Made by a program: the position numbers and the translations under genes. Shown piece by piece: positions 39,911-54,322 of a stretch of 64,000 bases of DNA. The stretch comes from Balanoglossus misakiensis (Eukaryota; Animalia; Hemichordata). The stretch covers positions 8,120,849 through 8,184,848 of the forward strand of contig CM082583.2 in NCBI GenBank assembly GCA_040954595.2. The letters run 5' to 3'. How positions within the stretch are numbered: position 1 is the first letter of the stretch; each line of letters opens with the position of its first letter. The notes below the pieces were generated by a model. The model did not search any database. It saw only the letters and a program-made list of their open reading frames with translations, and was not told where the DNA came from.

Positions 39911-40849
39911 TTAGTCATAGTAGACATACGCATTGTAACACAGGTAGTCGTTGTTCTCTGTGAAGTAGCAGTACTCAAATAAGGTGTCGCGTGTCTGTAT
40001 GGCTGGCGGCGGTGGAAGAAAGCGGATATCCTCGGCGATGGTACTTGGGCATTCCTGCAATATAAAAAAGGGGGGCCTTTTCTGTGACGCAAATTGTAAT
40101 CGACTGTAACTAATATACATATTATCGTATTATCTTGACTTGGCGAGCAGGTAATTCCGACCAAGAAATGTTTATTAAAAAATTGCGTGCGTTTTTTGTA
40201 AAGGGAGGGGGAACAATGGCGTGCTCTAACTTACCGTGCCAATATCGCTGCACTCGAAGATACCATATCCGTTGCTGTAGAAATCACCAGTGCATAATCC
40301 ACACTGGTCTACTTCGTAACCAGTTAATGCGCCCTATATAAATTACATAAAATGCACATTCGGCTAGGGGCTACATTTACAAATCCAGATTAGCTCTATC
40401 TTTGGACACAGTGTTAACGTATTAACAATAAAAGTTTGAACGTGATAGCAAGAGTAATATCATGATCCTTAGCTTGAGGGATAGTGATGTCTGACCATAA
40501 TATCGATAACAAAAATAAAATAAAAAATAAATACCTGTTCAATATTTGTGTTGTTGTCCAATACGGGTTTCTGCACAGCGAAGAGTAGCACTGAGTCGGT
40601 ACCGTCGATGTACTCAGATGTAGTGAAATAGAGCGCCCCACTGCCCACGGGCTGGAGTTGTTTGGTTTCCTTGTAAGCTTGCTCGATGTCGGCGGGACAT
40701 TGCACGTTATAGGTGAGCCCTTTGTTACTAATCCCCGTTGAAAACGTCTTGGCATGGAACACGAAGCACGAGTTGGGAGTCGCTTTCAGGACGCCGCGCG
40801 CTGTTGCGCTGAACACCAAGAGCAGGCCAATCGACAGGAAAGATTTCAT
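39911..40849 (-). CDS. Uncharacterised secreted 185-aa, 8-Cys protein, copy A
   Basis: Exons 40535-40849 (105 aa), 40235-40333 (33 aa), 39911-40054 (47 aa + stop), all phase 0 GT-AG; signal peptide MKSFLSIGLLLVFSATARG; TATAAA on the minus strand at 40935-40940; paralog with identical structure next door. Confidence 0.88.
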
Positions 40850-41555
40850 CTCTTCTGCAGTGCGTGCAAATTTTTAACGTGTTGTTGCGGGAAAATCCTC
40901 AGCTCGATAAAACTTCGGGCGGTTTGTGGTCGGCTTTATAGCCCCTCTCAGTCCAAAACAGGTTAGCCTACAACAGAGACCTATAGCTACGATCGAATCA
41001 ATCATTTAAAAATTATTGTTCAAATTGTTTACAAAGTGGTTATGTTGATTTACTGCACCATCAATCTGTCTGATAATTCTCGAAACACGTGCTTCAAGTC
41101 TCATAGACGATGTAGACTGAGGTAACAAATCATCAGGTGAGATTCCAGAGGTCAATCTGACTTTATCAACCCCTAACAATAAACCACCTCAGGGTGTTCG
41201 CAGGCCAGAATCAAACGTGCACATACCGACACAAAAAAATCTTAGTAGTTCCATTTTTTTATTGGTATTTTAAAAATGTTTCCTGTTTTTTTTGTTTACT
41301 TTTTTATTTTATTTTTACTATTTGTTGTAATGATGTATGGTGTTTACCAGTCATTTCAGTTTTTCAGTTCTCTATAGGATAGCAAGCTTTATTCGACCAT
41401 TTGGGCAGTTTTACATTTGCAGACATTTTCCAGTTAAAATATGAACAAAACACGTATTGAAATTAATAAAAGTCGGCAGAGACGGTCTTGATCCCAGCGA
41501 CACACATCATCGCGAAACCATCTCCCTTTTTTCACATTTTTGCTTCATTTTACCA

Positions 41556-42403
41556 TTAAAAGTAGGTATACGCATTGTAGCACAGGTAGTCGTTGTTCTC
41601 TGTGAAGTAGCAGTACTCGAATAAGGAGTCGTGAGTCTGCACGGCTGGAGGCGGTGGAAGGAAACGGATTTCCTCGGCGATGGTGCTTGGGCATGCCTGC
41701 AACAAGGGGAGAAGGAGACCAAATAGTACTACATTTATGTGTGTGCGAGAGAGGGGGGTAGGGAGGGAGAGAGACAGGGAGAAGGGGGAGGAGAGAAAAC
41801 GATGACAGCTCTAACTTACCGTGCCAATATCGTTGCACTCGTAGATACCATATCCGTTGCCGTACCAATTACCAGTGCAAATTCCACACTGGTCTACTTT
41901 GTACCCAGTTGAATTGCCCTGTATAAACGACATAAAAGACTTACATTTACAAATCCAGATTAGCTTTATCTTGGGACACAGTGTTAACATTTTAACAATA
42001 AAACGTGACAGCAAGAGGAATATTGTGATCTGCATGAACGAGGGGTGGTGATGTCTGACCACAATACCGACAAGAAAAAAAATACCTGTTCAATATATGG
42101 GTTGTTGTCCAATGTTTCTGTGTACACGCTGAAGAGAAGCACCGAATTCGTGCCATCGATGTATTCAGATGTAGTGAAATAGAGCGACCCACTGCCCTGC
42201 GGCGGGAGTTCTTTGGTTTCCTTGTAAGCCTGCTCGATGTTTTCGGGACATTTTACGTCATAGGTGATACCCTTATTATTAACCCCCGTTGAAAACGACT
42301 TGGCATAGAATACGAAGCACGAGTTGGGAGTCGCTTTCAGGACGCCGCGCGCTGCTGCGCTGAAGACCAAGAGCAGGCCAATCGACAGGAAAGAGTTCAT
42401 CAT
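41556..42403 (-). CDS. Uncharacterised secreted 185-aa, 8-Cys protein, copy B
   Basis: Exons 42086-42403, 41820-41918, 41556-41696; about 79% identical to copy A by hand alignment, all 8 Cys conserved; TATAAA at ~42499-42504. Confidence 0.88.
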
Positions 42404-45400
42404 CGCTGCAGTGCGTGTTACTTGACGTGGGTGTACCGAAAAATCTTCAGGTCGATTTAACTTCGGACAGTAAAGGTCTGCCTTATTTAAAGACCAACTT
42501 TATAACCCCTCCCAGTGCAAAACAGATAACGACTAAGAAAGTCATTCAGGTCGAATGCATAATTTTAAGATTATCGATTACAAAGTGGTTATGTCAATTT
42601 ACGACGTAAGCAATTTGTCTGGTTTTTGTCGAAACACATGTTACAAGTCTCACAGACCGAGTAAACACTTTTACAGGTGACATCATGGCTACCCTATAAC
42701 TGCATTGTGATACATAGTTCCTAACATATGTCTCTAAGAATTCTTCTTTTCGTTAAAAAGCCCAGGGAAAGAAACTTTACTCAGTTAGGATAATCACAGC
42801 ATCATTTCAAGAACACCGGGAACGCATTAACAGACCATACGGACTCTATGTGCGTGTATTATTATGCGTCTTCAGACTAATACGAGGCCTTTATGCAAAA
42901 CAGTTAGGGCCTATAGAACACTAGTGGTAGTACTCCTTATACATTTAGTAAAATGAGATATTTAGCAAACGCGTTACTATGAAAATAATTAAACGATGAA
43001 AAAGTTGGGAGGACACACTGCCAAATGACATGTCATGAAAAGAGTAAAACATTTATTTGGATGGGAAAGGCAACAATATTCATTTAAAGGCACCATCGTT
43101 CCGTGAGGATTAACGGGCATTGTTGCCTCTCCGGGATTTGAAGGTGAGACGGTGGCGTAAGTTGTAATGGTAATCACCGGTAAAGTACACTAACTACAGA
43201 TAGGGGCACTGACAGTTGTTGCAAAGTTGACAGTCCGCAAACAAATTGGAGAGTTTTATGAGGACGTCATACTGGTATCGGCAAATTATTACACGTTCGT
43301 GATACACTTTGTCGGATTTATGACTGCAAGCGTGTGAATTTTTCCTCACCTTGTTCATAATTATCTTATCTTAAAACAGAAATGCCTGTGTTTAAAGTTC
43401 GGCTTGTACTACATATGGATGCTTTTGTGAACTAGTTCTCTGCAGAATTTTACTACGTGTTAGGGGGTCAAATTACATTATAATAATTGCATTCTGGGTA
43501 AAAGGTGGACAATCACTGTAGTATGAGTTTGAAGGAATGATGTTAACTGTATTTCATGGCTTCCTTTGTCAGATCAAACATTTCTGTCTTTGTAGTTAAT
43601 AAAGTCAGGTTCGATAGCACTCTATAGAGCTTTCGGGGACATGTGGTCTCCTTCTTGAGAGGCTATAATGGAATACACTGCAAACACCACGTAAGGCCCA
43701 TGCATGCTGTCACCATGGATCTGAAACGGCAAAGTCACAGATCCTTGAAGTTGTGCATTGATAACAAAAGCAACCAAAACACCAGCGCTCAGTTTTGTTA
43801 CTTAGTAAAACTTTACTTGAATTGTGTCAAATGGTGTCTTTCTTTGGACTAGATTTTGTAATGTTATACAGGTTCTACATTTCTATGTTGTAAGCTATTG
43901 GTTCACTACACAGGCCATTTTCATGACCCCTGAGGGACCTTACATCATGGCGTTATATTGGTATGAAATCGTACATCATTCAACATGGCACACAACATTC
44001 ACCCATTTGAAATAGACAAAAGTTTATACTCAAAATGGGGAAACTCATACCAACAAAATGCCAGGATGTAAAGGTCACATAGGGGTCACAAGTGTGACCT
44101 ACTTCAGATCAAAGCTGCTTGGCCACAGGCCAAGCATTGACATATCACTTCAAGAAATAAACGTCAGTATTTTGTCAAAGTATGATGTATGCATTACAAA
44201 AATGCTGGGGGTTAAAGATAAACTCAGACCCGTTCTCTCTAGGGTCTATGCACAAACTCGATATTCTTTATAGTTTCGTTCTAGTTTCCATCTTTAGAAG
44301 TTCAAATCTGGGGAGGGTGGAGCAGATGACAAATTTCTGTGCTCTCACTGGCAAATGTAGTGTCCACCATTGTTAGGGCGGACCACTGGAAAACTCAATT
44401 TAACATCAGATCGAAAAAGCTAGGTAGAGCAACGAAATACAAAAGTGTATCAAGTTTAAGAAGTAAGGTTTACTATAAAGTCTGAGTACGCACCATACAA
44501 CAAGATCTAACAGAGAGCCTCTATAAAAGAAATTACAAGTTTTATTTTATGATTGCAATTTTTGAAATGAACATAATTTTGACCAAGCTTTCACCTACAA
44601 TTACGACCTTCACAAGCATTTGCACCCTACTACAAAAGAGCCTGGTTGTTAGCACGACAACCAGTTTAACATTTACTGCAAGAGCTGTTCCTGTTGGAGA
44701 CACTCCCAGGATCTTAAATTCACCAAGCAAGTTGTTGAATAGTAGCGACGGTTTTTCGCCGGCTGGAAATTGTAAATATGTTACACTCACAGTGCACATT
44801 CCCATGGTTGGTACTTATCCTTAATTAAAAAAATCAACTTGTACTGCCTGAATGATTTCTACATATGGAAGTTGTCTTTTTTCATATAAGCATGCAGTTC
44901 GGGGTAAAACGGGGTTTTAAACACTTTTGGAAGGACATGTAACAACCATAGGATTTTGCACACTGTCTAACAAATATTTTCATCAGAAGAAAAAAAAAAT
45001 GCCACTTTAAAAGTCCCTAGAAGTTCACATGAGGGTTTACCTGTTAAATTAACATACTGTTTTCACTTTCCCATTTTGGGTCAAATTGAGTTTCAATGAA
45101 GTGAGATAGCACCATTGAGTCATCTCTGGTCTAGGCAGCTCACTTTAACATGGGCTGTACAATATGTTACATAAGTATAAAAAAAATTCCTATTACTACC
45201 CTAAAATGCAACGGAATTATTGAGCTTTCTGTCAAATCATGAATCTTTTGATATTAATACATAGTTGCTTTTGTAATAAATACACACTTGATTACAAATT
45301 TCTCAAAGTACCCAGACTTGAAGGAGTTTTCTCATTGGCCCCAGTTTCGCTCCCCCCCCCCCCTTTGGAAAACATTTTGTGTTTTTGCAGTGGCCTCATT

Positions 45401-46048
45401 TGAGTTGCTAAAGACTGCAGATTACCCTTGGCTCCAAACATGACTCTAGTTAAACAAGTCAGCTTAGCACACTACAAGTAAGTTTCCTGGGGGTTTCAAA
45501 CAGGATGAGCGTGTGAGTGTGTGTGTGTGTGTGAGCTAGCCAGAAATATATGCAAGTTTTCTTCCGCTCCCTGCACATTGCTGCATCCGGAGAAATAAGG
45601 CCAAAGGTCACAAAGAGAGGCAACTTGTCCCCGAAGACCTCGAAAGAGTATTTTGAACACACATAAATATTACCACTACAGAGTTTTTCCTCAAAACAGG
45701 GCTTCTACATTGCAGATACAAAGAACTTTTTTCTCTCTTTTGTAAATTTTCATATTCATAGGTTTAAGAACAGAATCAGTTAAATATCTTATTGTATAAA
45801 ATCAAAATATGAGAGGGTGGAACAAACTGCTGCTACCTAGAAGTACGTATGTCCTCGCAGAGAACAACATATACTGTATTTCATTTTAAACACACCAAAA
45901 AAAATCCATTTCTGAAAATTGAATGTTCAGTCTATACATTATACTGTACATTAAATGCAGGCAAAGCTGGGATAGGCTTATTCATTTGACATTTTTTTTA
46001 TAATCATGAGATTACAAATGTGTGTCTCAGCAAGCCGACGATCTCTTT

Positions 46049-49000
46049 TCATTCGATGTACTCCCATAGGTCCCTATCGTAGCCTTCATGTACGTGTTCT
46101 AGTAATACTTTACGTCTGCTTTCACAATACCTGGAAAGATTTGAAAAATGAAAAATAAGTGTCATTGAAATTAACGGCTATAACAGATCACAGAATCTGA
46201 CATTAAATATTTCACACGACACTTTCCAAACATTTTTAAATTCTCCGACTCTCTTACCTATATTTGTCTTGCACTTTCTGTTTGATATCTACTAGTGAAT
46301 CCTGGGTAATATCTCTTTCTAAATACTCCGACAAGGTTTCTGTTGCATTTTCAAGGTCTTTCTGATTTTCCTACATGGGGGGAAAACACAAACAAGCGAA
46401 ATCAATTCCAGGTCAACCACGCACACAAGTCTGAGAGATACCGATCCAAATTGGTCTTGAAAGACATCTATGAACTTGTATTTACCTCAAATATAATCGA
46501 CTGGTTATTCTTCCGTAGATAATACGCAAATACATAGGTATACATGAGCGTCTGTCGGCAGAGACAGAGGACGTCCACCGCTTTCTTCAAGAACTGAACT
46601 TCAATCCACGACATGTTGTGGTGTTGCATCTCCTCCATCTTGGCCCGGATCTGAGCGTACAGTTTGTTCTCAAACCGCAGACTTTGCATATGGTTCATGT
46701 AGCGATTGCAATAGAATAAGTAACGTTGAAGAGCTGCTCGTGATTTCTGCGAGGGGGAAGAAAAACGCGATAATTAATCTGTGCCTAACAGCCTCTTTTG
46801 ATATCATGAAAATTTCTTTCCGCGAACATTTCCCGTTATACAGTATTCACTCCTTTAATGACAGTCAATTAAAAAAAAAATACACAATGCAAAGAGAGCA
46901 CTAGTCTATACACATCTACATTTAACAATAAACCCACAGAATTTCTGGGGGGGACAACTTACACTCACCTCCTGGGCGTCTCTGGCCTTCTTCGCTTCAT
47001 CCTCGTTGTAGCGGTTACAATTGTACCAAGACGAACCGTGGGGTTCCCAAGGGCCCAGACACACCCAACAGAAGTCAGCCTGCAAGGTATAATAATATCC
47101 ATGAATGAGCAGAATTCAACAAGTGCTTTTATTTCTTACCCGTTGTACATACATCACGTTCGGTGTGGTGTCTATCTTGACATGAAATCCACAGATACAT
47201 TTTCAGGCCATACAAGGGACTCGTTCTCACCTTACAATTCTGGTTCCTGCACACCATATGGTTGCATCCACCATCTTTTTCTATTGTAACATGGCACTTA
47301 GGGCATTCTTTTGTGTTAGCAGCGATCCAGTTTGAGGTCTCACTGTCATCGTCACATTTCTTTATCCACTTCCTCAACCACTGCAAGCAAAACACAAGAT
47401 AATACATTACTGTCTGGATATGTCTTTTCTCAGTGCTCATAAAGTATTGGATATTAACAATATTTGGCACGCACACACACACACCTGTCATCTGCCGATA
47501 ACCCAGAGTTAATTCTAGATTGCATTAGATGTTTGTGACATACCTTGCATTTGACTGGATCGTGCCAATTCTCTGAGCAATTGAAACTGGAGAGTCAAAC
47601 CAAACAGAGCAAATTATCAGTACAGCACGGCTTTGTCAATTTAATTCTCCATATCACATTTGTATAACGCTTGAAAAAAAGTCAGCCATCAACCCTTCAA
47701 ATAGTTTATAATTCTACCGACTACTTCTATAAACACCCTGTGAACATGTGCATGATACCACAGTCTACTGACATACTGAAATTATCTTTATGATATCTCC
47801 CATATCAGCAACATGTGTGTAGATATCAAACATGGTAAAAAGTGCAACTAAGATGCCTATGTTGAGGTGTACAATGTAGGACCCTGTGGAGATTATTACT
47901 CACCAGTACGTGTGTCCACATAAACAGACGACCGGCTTTGCATCCACGTAGCTAACTTTGATAGCGTTGGGACAGTCTGGCGCGGGGCACCATTTCATTA
48001 ACCGATTACACACTACAAAGCTATTGGTGATAATGTGTTGATACTTTAACTTTACCCTAGGGTCTTTCACTAGTTTCCTGTGGAAAAGAAGTAGTGACAC
48101 GTGAACGGTCAGTTAGAAAGGTCACAGATTTGTCTGAAGGGAAATGGATTAACTTCTTGGGTGTTTCAATAGAGAACAGTTTTTGTCAAACATGAACACA
48201 GGACAACCACCAGCAAACGCAAGAACCTAATCCTAAGTATGTTCGTTTCATCTCTCAATCGATACTTACATGACAGTAGCGTCATCTACTAAGATATCAC
48301 AAGCATGGGCTGCACAAGATATTGTCTGAAAAACAAAGCACAATGCAGTAGTTTGAGAAACAGCTGACTCCAACAACCTTCAGTAGCAACACACGAGATA
48401 ACTGCAGACTAAATGACATGAAGCACCATTCCAATGATTGGAATTTATGACTCACCCAGTGGGGAAAAAAATGTTGCAAGAACAGATACTGGAATTTTTG
48501 TAGGATGATCAGCCAATGAAGCTGAGACTCTCACTAAAGTTTTACAGCAAGTTTCTATTCAAGCTCTCGGCAAGGTGTTGATACAAGAAGGAAGACCTTT
48601 GGAATGTTAAGTGTAATGTGACACTCCTGGTCCATGCGTGTATGTATTGAGTTATAAACTTGACGAGGGTGATTTACACTAATTAATAATAATACTAACC
48701 TGCCCCATGCCTTCTTCCATAATTTTTGTAGTTAAATACTCTGTCCAACATTCTACACAAAATTTATGACCACATTCTAGGCCTGTTAAATGCTGCAAGG
48801 CAAAAGATTAACGTATTAACAAAAGTCCATCAGCTCACTTGTCAATTACGCATATACATTCTAAGATGCATTGAAATACCCCCCATCAAGGTTCTAAGTT
48901 TCTTCCAAGTTTTTCTCCTGTCTACCAGAGATGGCGCTCTTCTGCACGGAACTCATCCCAATGGCCAAGCAGATGTACAAATGTTTCAAGCAAAAAGTTA

Positions 49001-50254
49001 ATCTGTTTACTTACTGCCAGGGCAATTGTATTGAGACAAATTTCACATATAACATCACTACTAGCTAATGCAGAAGATGATCTAGTATTCACATGTGTCT
49101 GCAAGAGAGGAAAGAAATAGTAAGTTGGATTTATTTTTGTCATTTAGCAGCAAAGTGAAGCATACCTTAGTATTCATTAGGAACACGTTTCAATAGGCAC
49201 AAATGGATGTAAAGAGATTTTGATAAAGAACATTGTGCCCATTTCTAAAGCTTACCCTAGGTTTCACTGATCTATGAGGATTCACAACGTGCGCCTCCTC
49301 AAATAACTTTTCTTGGTCTTCCCCGTAGTACCGTTCCATGAGTTTTTCTTTGTCCCATTTGAAATGGTTCAGTAAAATTCTTGTAATGGTGGCAGGAATC
49401 TGAAAGGTGAAATGGATGTCAGCAGATATCCACAGTAAACATGTGAATGACATCATTTCAAGGGGAACTGGTCCCCCCCCCCTTCTTTGACAAATTGCTA
49501 GGGAGTGCCAACATGCCAACAGGGGGTGAATCTCCCCATGATCCCCCAATCTAGATGAAACACTGGTCACTGATGACACAGTGTTTTTCTGTTCATTCGA
49601 TTTCACACTTTTGGGTCGCAATTATTCGGATAAGTGGCGGAAGTGACGATGGAAATATTTTCACCTGCATATTATCATGGGGATTTAGCATTGACCTGAC
49701 CCACTAAAGTAACAGCTTCACACCTTCCCACTGGACGTGCCCTTTCCATTTCACTGAAACACATTTGCAGTTATAGTGCTCATCATCACTCGACATGCTG
49801 GCTATTTGTGGCCAATGCACGGTAGTTTGATTCTCGCCTGATTGGAGACAGTCGGCGGGTAAACTGCGAAAATTCCAAGTATTTGATTCATACTGAACAA
49901 AACACGGTTATATGCACATAGGTGGCCGCCATCTTGGATTTTTTCCCCAAGTGTCAACCTCTGTTTTCGACTGCCCAACATCGGGTCAAGACACCGATCT
50001 CGCACAAATGACAAAGTTTATACCTCAACGACGGCATTAACTTCTTTAATGCAATCCACCATGTGTTGGACAATCTTATCCGGCGTTAAAACTTCGAACG
50101 GGAATTCATCCTCTTGGTCATGTCTATCGTGATGCTCTGACGTCTCTGCTTCACCGATTCCTAATCCAATATCAAAGTGATCCTCTTCAACGTCACTTGA
50201 TTCAGGCTCGGCATCCTCCTCGTCATCATACATGAAATCCTCATCCGAGTCCAT
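46049..50254 (-). CDS. ARIH1: Ariadne-1 RBR E3 ubiquitin ligase, 12 exons
   Basis: Acidic N-terminus MDSDEDFMY; UBA-like [17 protein letters not shown]; RING1 [13 protein letters not shown]; [11 protein letters not shown]; RING2 [22 protein letters not shown] with catalytic Cys; Ariadne domain ending RDLWEYIE*. Confidence 0.97.
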
Positions 50255-50370
50255 TTCGCACAAAACCTTTGCGAAGTTGAATTATTTGTTCCCGATCAAA
50301 CTACCCCACTTCTACTGTTTCAACACACTTCAACATTAACAGTCTGCTTGGTCATTCGCGTTTATGCTGA

Positions 50371-50598
50371 TGACGTCATGCTCGGGTGTGGAGAATGGAA
50401 AATGACTCATTCCCTAAAATGTAAAATTACTGCAGATGCAGCCTTGATCAGGATACATTAATAAATCCGGTGAAGTGCGAAAGCAACAATGAAAATCGTT
50501 ATTTGCGGCTTCAGAGTATACCTTCCGTGAAAAACCTGAATGGCTTCCGAAGATGACATCATCTTCGGAATACATTGTCGCCATGCATTATGGGAATA
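50371..50598. promoter_or_regulatory. ARIH1 upstream regulatory cluster: CRE, perfect palindrome, ZNF143/Staf-like site
   Basis: TGACGTCA at 50371-50378; TTCCGAAGATGA-CA-TCATCTTCGGAA at 50545-50570; minus-strand TTCCCATAATGCATGGCG at ~50579-50596. Confidence 0.55.
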
Positions 50599-51285
50599 AC
50601 CATTCATTCGTCAAAAGACAAATGAACATCGGGCACAAGCTTGTCTCTCGTGAATCACGTCACCTGCTCGTTTTGGGCAGACATAAAAGTTCACTACAAC
50701 CTTGTTTGTAGCTGGTTTTCACTTGAGTTTTATTTTCAAATAAATATTTTTTGAATGATGATTTGAGTAAGGCCACCTTCTGCTTGATCATGTGTACACA
50801 TTGACATTGATGACAGGTCGAAAGAGGCCTTTTATAACAAGGTCAATTCAATATTTATATGAATATCAAGGATTTCAAATTAAGAGTAACAGGTCAAGTT
50901 CATCAGATTGAAAGCTGAAAACCTTGAATGATTATGAAAATGTTGGACCATGATGAACTTACCAGTAATATGACATACAAGGTTTATTCTTTCAGAAACA
51001 CAATATTTATTTGTGACATACAATTAAAATATCCATTGTAAAAAAAGGAAAATAAATATTTCCTCTCCACTGCAATCAGAATATTTTTTTCAAGGACTAG
51101 CAACTCATATTCTAGAAATATGAAATACCCAGTCGCTGTTCAACAAAAGTGCTATTTGAGTTGAAACTATGAGCACCATTACAAATGCAGATCTTCCAAC
51201 AAACAGTGCACCTGCACTGATTTATGGATTGCGTTCCTTGGCACGCAGGAATATACGAAACATGACATCAAGTCATTGCTATTGA

Positions 51286-53049
51286 TTACTCTTCTATAAG
51301 TATTTTGGACATTGTTTGAAAGGATCGTCCGGCGTAGGATCGTCTGTCCATCGACCTCTCTCTGCTGGCTACAGGTATTGAACACAATAAGGTAGATAAT
51401 TTGTCTGTGCTAATGTGACCGCCAGTCTCAAGATTTCTGTATATTGCCTGAAAAAAAAAAAAAATGTTTTTACAGTTTCTCATTGACACAGGTATTTACA
51501 CAATTTTAGGTGATTAATTTCATTCTTTAGTCTCTACGTGATACACAAAATACCAAACATACGGTAAGAGTGATTTCAATGAAAACGTGTATAATTTCTG
51601 TAGAAGCAAAATTTTGAGGACTCCACTGAAAGTGGGAAATTTCAAAACTTACTTCAAATTCTGTCGACAATGCAGCGTCATTCTTGGTATCTTCTCTGAC
51701 TTGGTCAAGCTGTAATAATAATAACAAACAAAAATATGGAATTCATACACAAAACACTTCAAATTGCATCGACGTAAGACTGTGCAGTATTAATGTTTCT
51801 CCACAAATCAATTTTGGTATGTATATAAACCCTTTCAACAAATGACAAATATCACACACACAAATCAAAATGGAAAACATCAGGGTATCCTTACAGATTC
51901 TTCACAGATTTGACTTTTCCTCACAAACGACGGGACATCTCTCTCATATATCTGTTGTAAATGCAGGAAGGTTTCTTGAAATCTTTGCAGCATACTCAGT
52001 GAGATTACCTGTGGGAATGCAATGCAGAATAGCGCATGTTGACTGAATTCGATGGAAAATATGGCACCAGGATAGTAGAGAGAGTTACCAACTTCAATTG
52101 TCAATAGTTTAGGATGGACGTTATATTTCTGAAGGTGAGCTACATTTAGATAACAGCAGACAAATCTGTTTACATTTCAGTGCCATGGGGATATATTTGT
52201 AAAGTGCCAAGACCATACCTGTATACTCCGACAAATTTTATTGTCCATTCTTCTTATCAATGATAATACTGATAAAGCTTTCATGGGATCATTCTGTACA
52301 AAAAAAGAGAATGAAAATAATGAAATATACTATGTATATGACTGCTCTTGCAGCCAGCCATCACACATGAAAACCAATACAGCAAGTGAAAAAAGCCCAA
52401 TCCTTGCTCCACTCACCTGATTATTTGCTAGAGCTGACACTAAACAATAGGCATTCCTCGATAATGTCACTTGTTTGATCTTATGTTCCTCCAGAACTGC
52501 TTGAGCCAGTTCATATGATGCTGTCGTGTTCTGTGGAAGAAGGTGGAATTGGGAAGAAATGGAAAATCAGAATCAGTAGATGTATTACATGTACTTTGAA
52601 TTTCCAAGTTAGAACTGAGAATATTTTGCACCATGACATGCTCAGATCACAGGGAAGAAAGCCTCACCAATTTATAACAGGCAGCAAGTGCCACTGTGTA
52701 AGAATCAGCTATCTTCTTCACTCCTTGAAATCCCATTTCATCATACACTTCTAAAACTCCTGAAATTAATCACAAATGTGCCAACACATGTATATTGATT
52801 ACTGTGTACAGTTCCCATGTTGTATAGATTTTTTGCATATACCTATATTTTTGGAGTTTTGAAGAATGATAGATCATGAGAAAAATGTTCCATGCTTACC
52901 ATTGTAATCTCCAGCTTCAAATAAAATATCCATGGCAAGATTGTAAGATGTTGGATCAAAAAACAGACCCTGAAGTTCCTGTGTGGAAAAAAACAGAAGC
53001 TTGGTAAGGTACTTTTCCACAACAGACATTTCCATGGAGATGGAACTTG

Positions 53050-53112
<63 letters not shown>

Positions 53113-53113
53113 T

Positions 53114-53145
<32 letters not shown>

Positions 53146-54092
53146 TAAAATTATTACAATGATGTACTCACTTTGCACTTAACTACATCCAATATCTTGT
53201 CATACACTTTGACACTGTTGAACATTCTCATCACTAGAGGTCCAAACCGGAACTTGTCAAATGATGCATTTTGGTGCTGTTTGTGATACCTGCAAAAAAC
53301 CAACACTTTATGCTAAAATATGATGCTCACAAAGTTAGAAGATCATGTGTGGATAATGTAGTAAAATCTTACTGCATGATAGAGATAGATCTATGTCATT
53401 AATTAAAGAACTTGAAAGTCCATAGAAATAGAAAAGTTGGTGCACACTGACAAACCTTTTGAGAACTTTCATGGCCAAGTCTGTGTGTTTCTCAGAGTAA
53501 CACGTGTGTAATATCATCTTGACTTCTTCTGTAAAGATTATATCTTCTTTGTCAGCTTTGCCTGCTATTGCATTCCTCAATGTCTCTGAAAAAGTACATG
53601 TTTAATATGTGAGGAAAGTATGTAAAGTGCAGTATTATTGAAAGGCTGGGGAAGAGGTTACCAATCGCAACGGCTCCTCAGTACTTACCTGCATCACCAA
53701 ATAATCTGTCTTCTGTTCTCATCTTCTCCTTTTCAAAATCATCGTATCTTGTGACATGTGGTGCTAACAAATGTCGTACACCTGAAATCGAGAAATGGGT
53801 GACAAATAGGTTCATAGTACCATGGACGTAAATGATAGTACATACGACAGTTTATACGTCCAAACTCTGACGAAGAGTAGGGTTGCTTCTGTGCACCCCC
53901 CCCCCCTCGACGACCACCCCAGGCACCAATGCACCACAGCAGTTGATATTAAGATCTTTCGTACATCTCATAAAATTGGACCTCAAAAACGTATGAAGAC
54001 TCACTCTTAATGTTTGGATTATACACCAAACGAGTACTAGTCTTCAATGATTGCACGAGTGATCGGGACACAGGTACCACGAACGCCGCCAT
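51286..54092 (-). CDS. PTCD2: Pentatricopeptide repeat domain-containing protein 2 (mitochondrial)
   Basis: Presequence-like MAAFVVPVSRSLVQSLKTSTR; RYHKQHQNASFDKFRFGPLVMRM; ELQGLFFDPTSYNLAMDILF; ends GHISTDKLSTLLCSIP..RSFQTMSKILIEE*, colinear with human PTCD2 as recalled; head-to-head with MRPS27. Confidence 0.88.
53050..53144. repeat. (CAT)n microsatellite in a PTCD2 intron
   Basis: About 31 CAT units with one TAT interruption, between the minus-strand donor at 53170 and acceptor at ~52979. Confidence 0.95.
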
Positions 54093-54322
54093 GCTTGGAT
54101 CATAATGTTCACATTTACAAACTGTGTGTTCGACATTTAACTTGGGAGTTTATGAATACATTTATTTTCATACTTATCACATTGAGGGGTATACAGTCTC
54201 TAATATTTAAATAAGAAGATTTTTTAAAGCTCATAAAATATCATTTAAATGCTGTTTAATACGTACTGAATGCTTGTAAGTAATTCGAATTTGAACTACT
54301 AATATGAAATGTACTTTTCAAA

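Noticed and set aside
40235-40333. VDQCGLCTG resembles a copepod luciferase VDxCxxCT motif or the ADAMTS DxCGVC motif; length is similar to Gaussia luciferase
   Set aside because: Only a short CxxC match; Cys spacing and the rest of the protein do not fit either family.
51884-51891. GTATCCTT U12-like 5' site on the plus strand (also ATATCCTT on the minus strand at 19381-19388)
   Set aside because: The first is antisense to PTCD2 and overlaps an ordinary GTAAGG donor; the second has no matching branch site or acceptor that I could find.
52843-53178. Poly-methionine ORF
   Set aside because: Translation of an intronic (CAT)n microsatellite in PTCD2.
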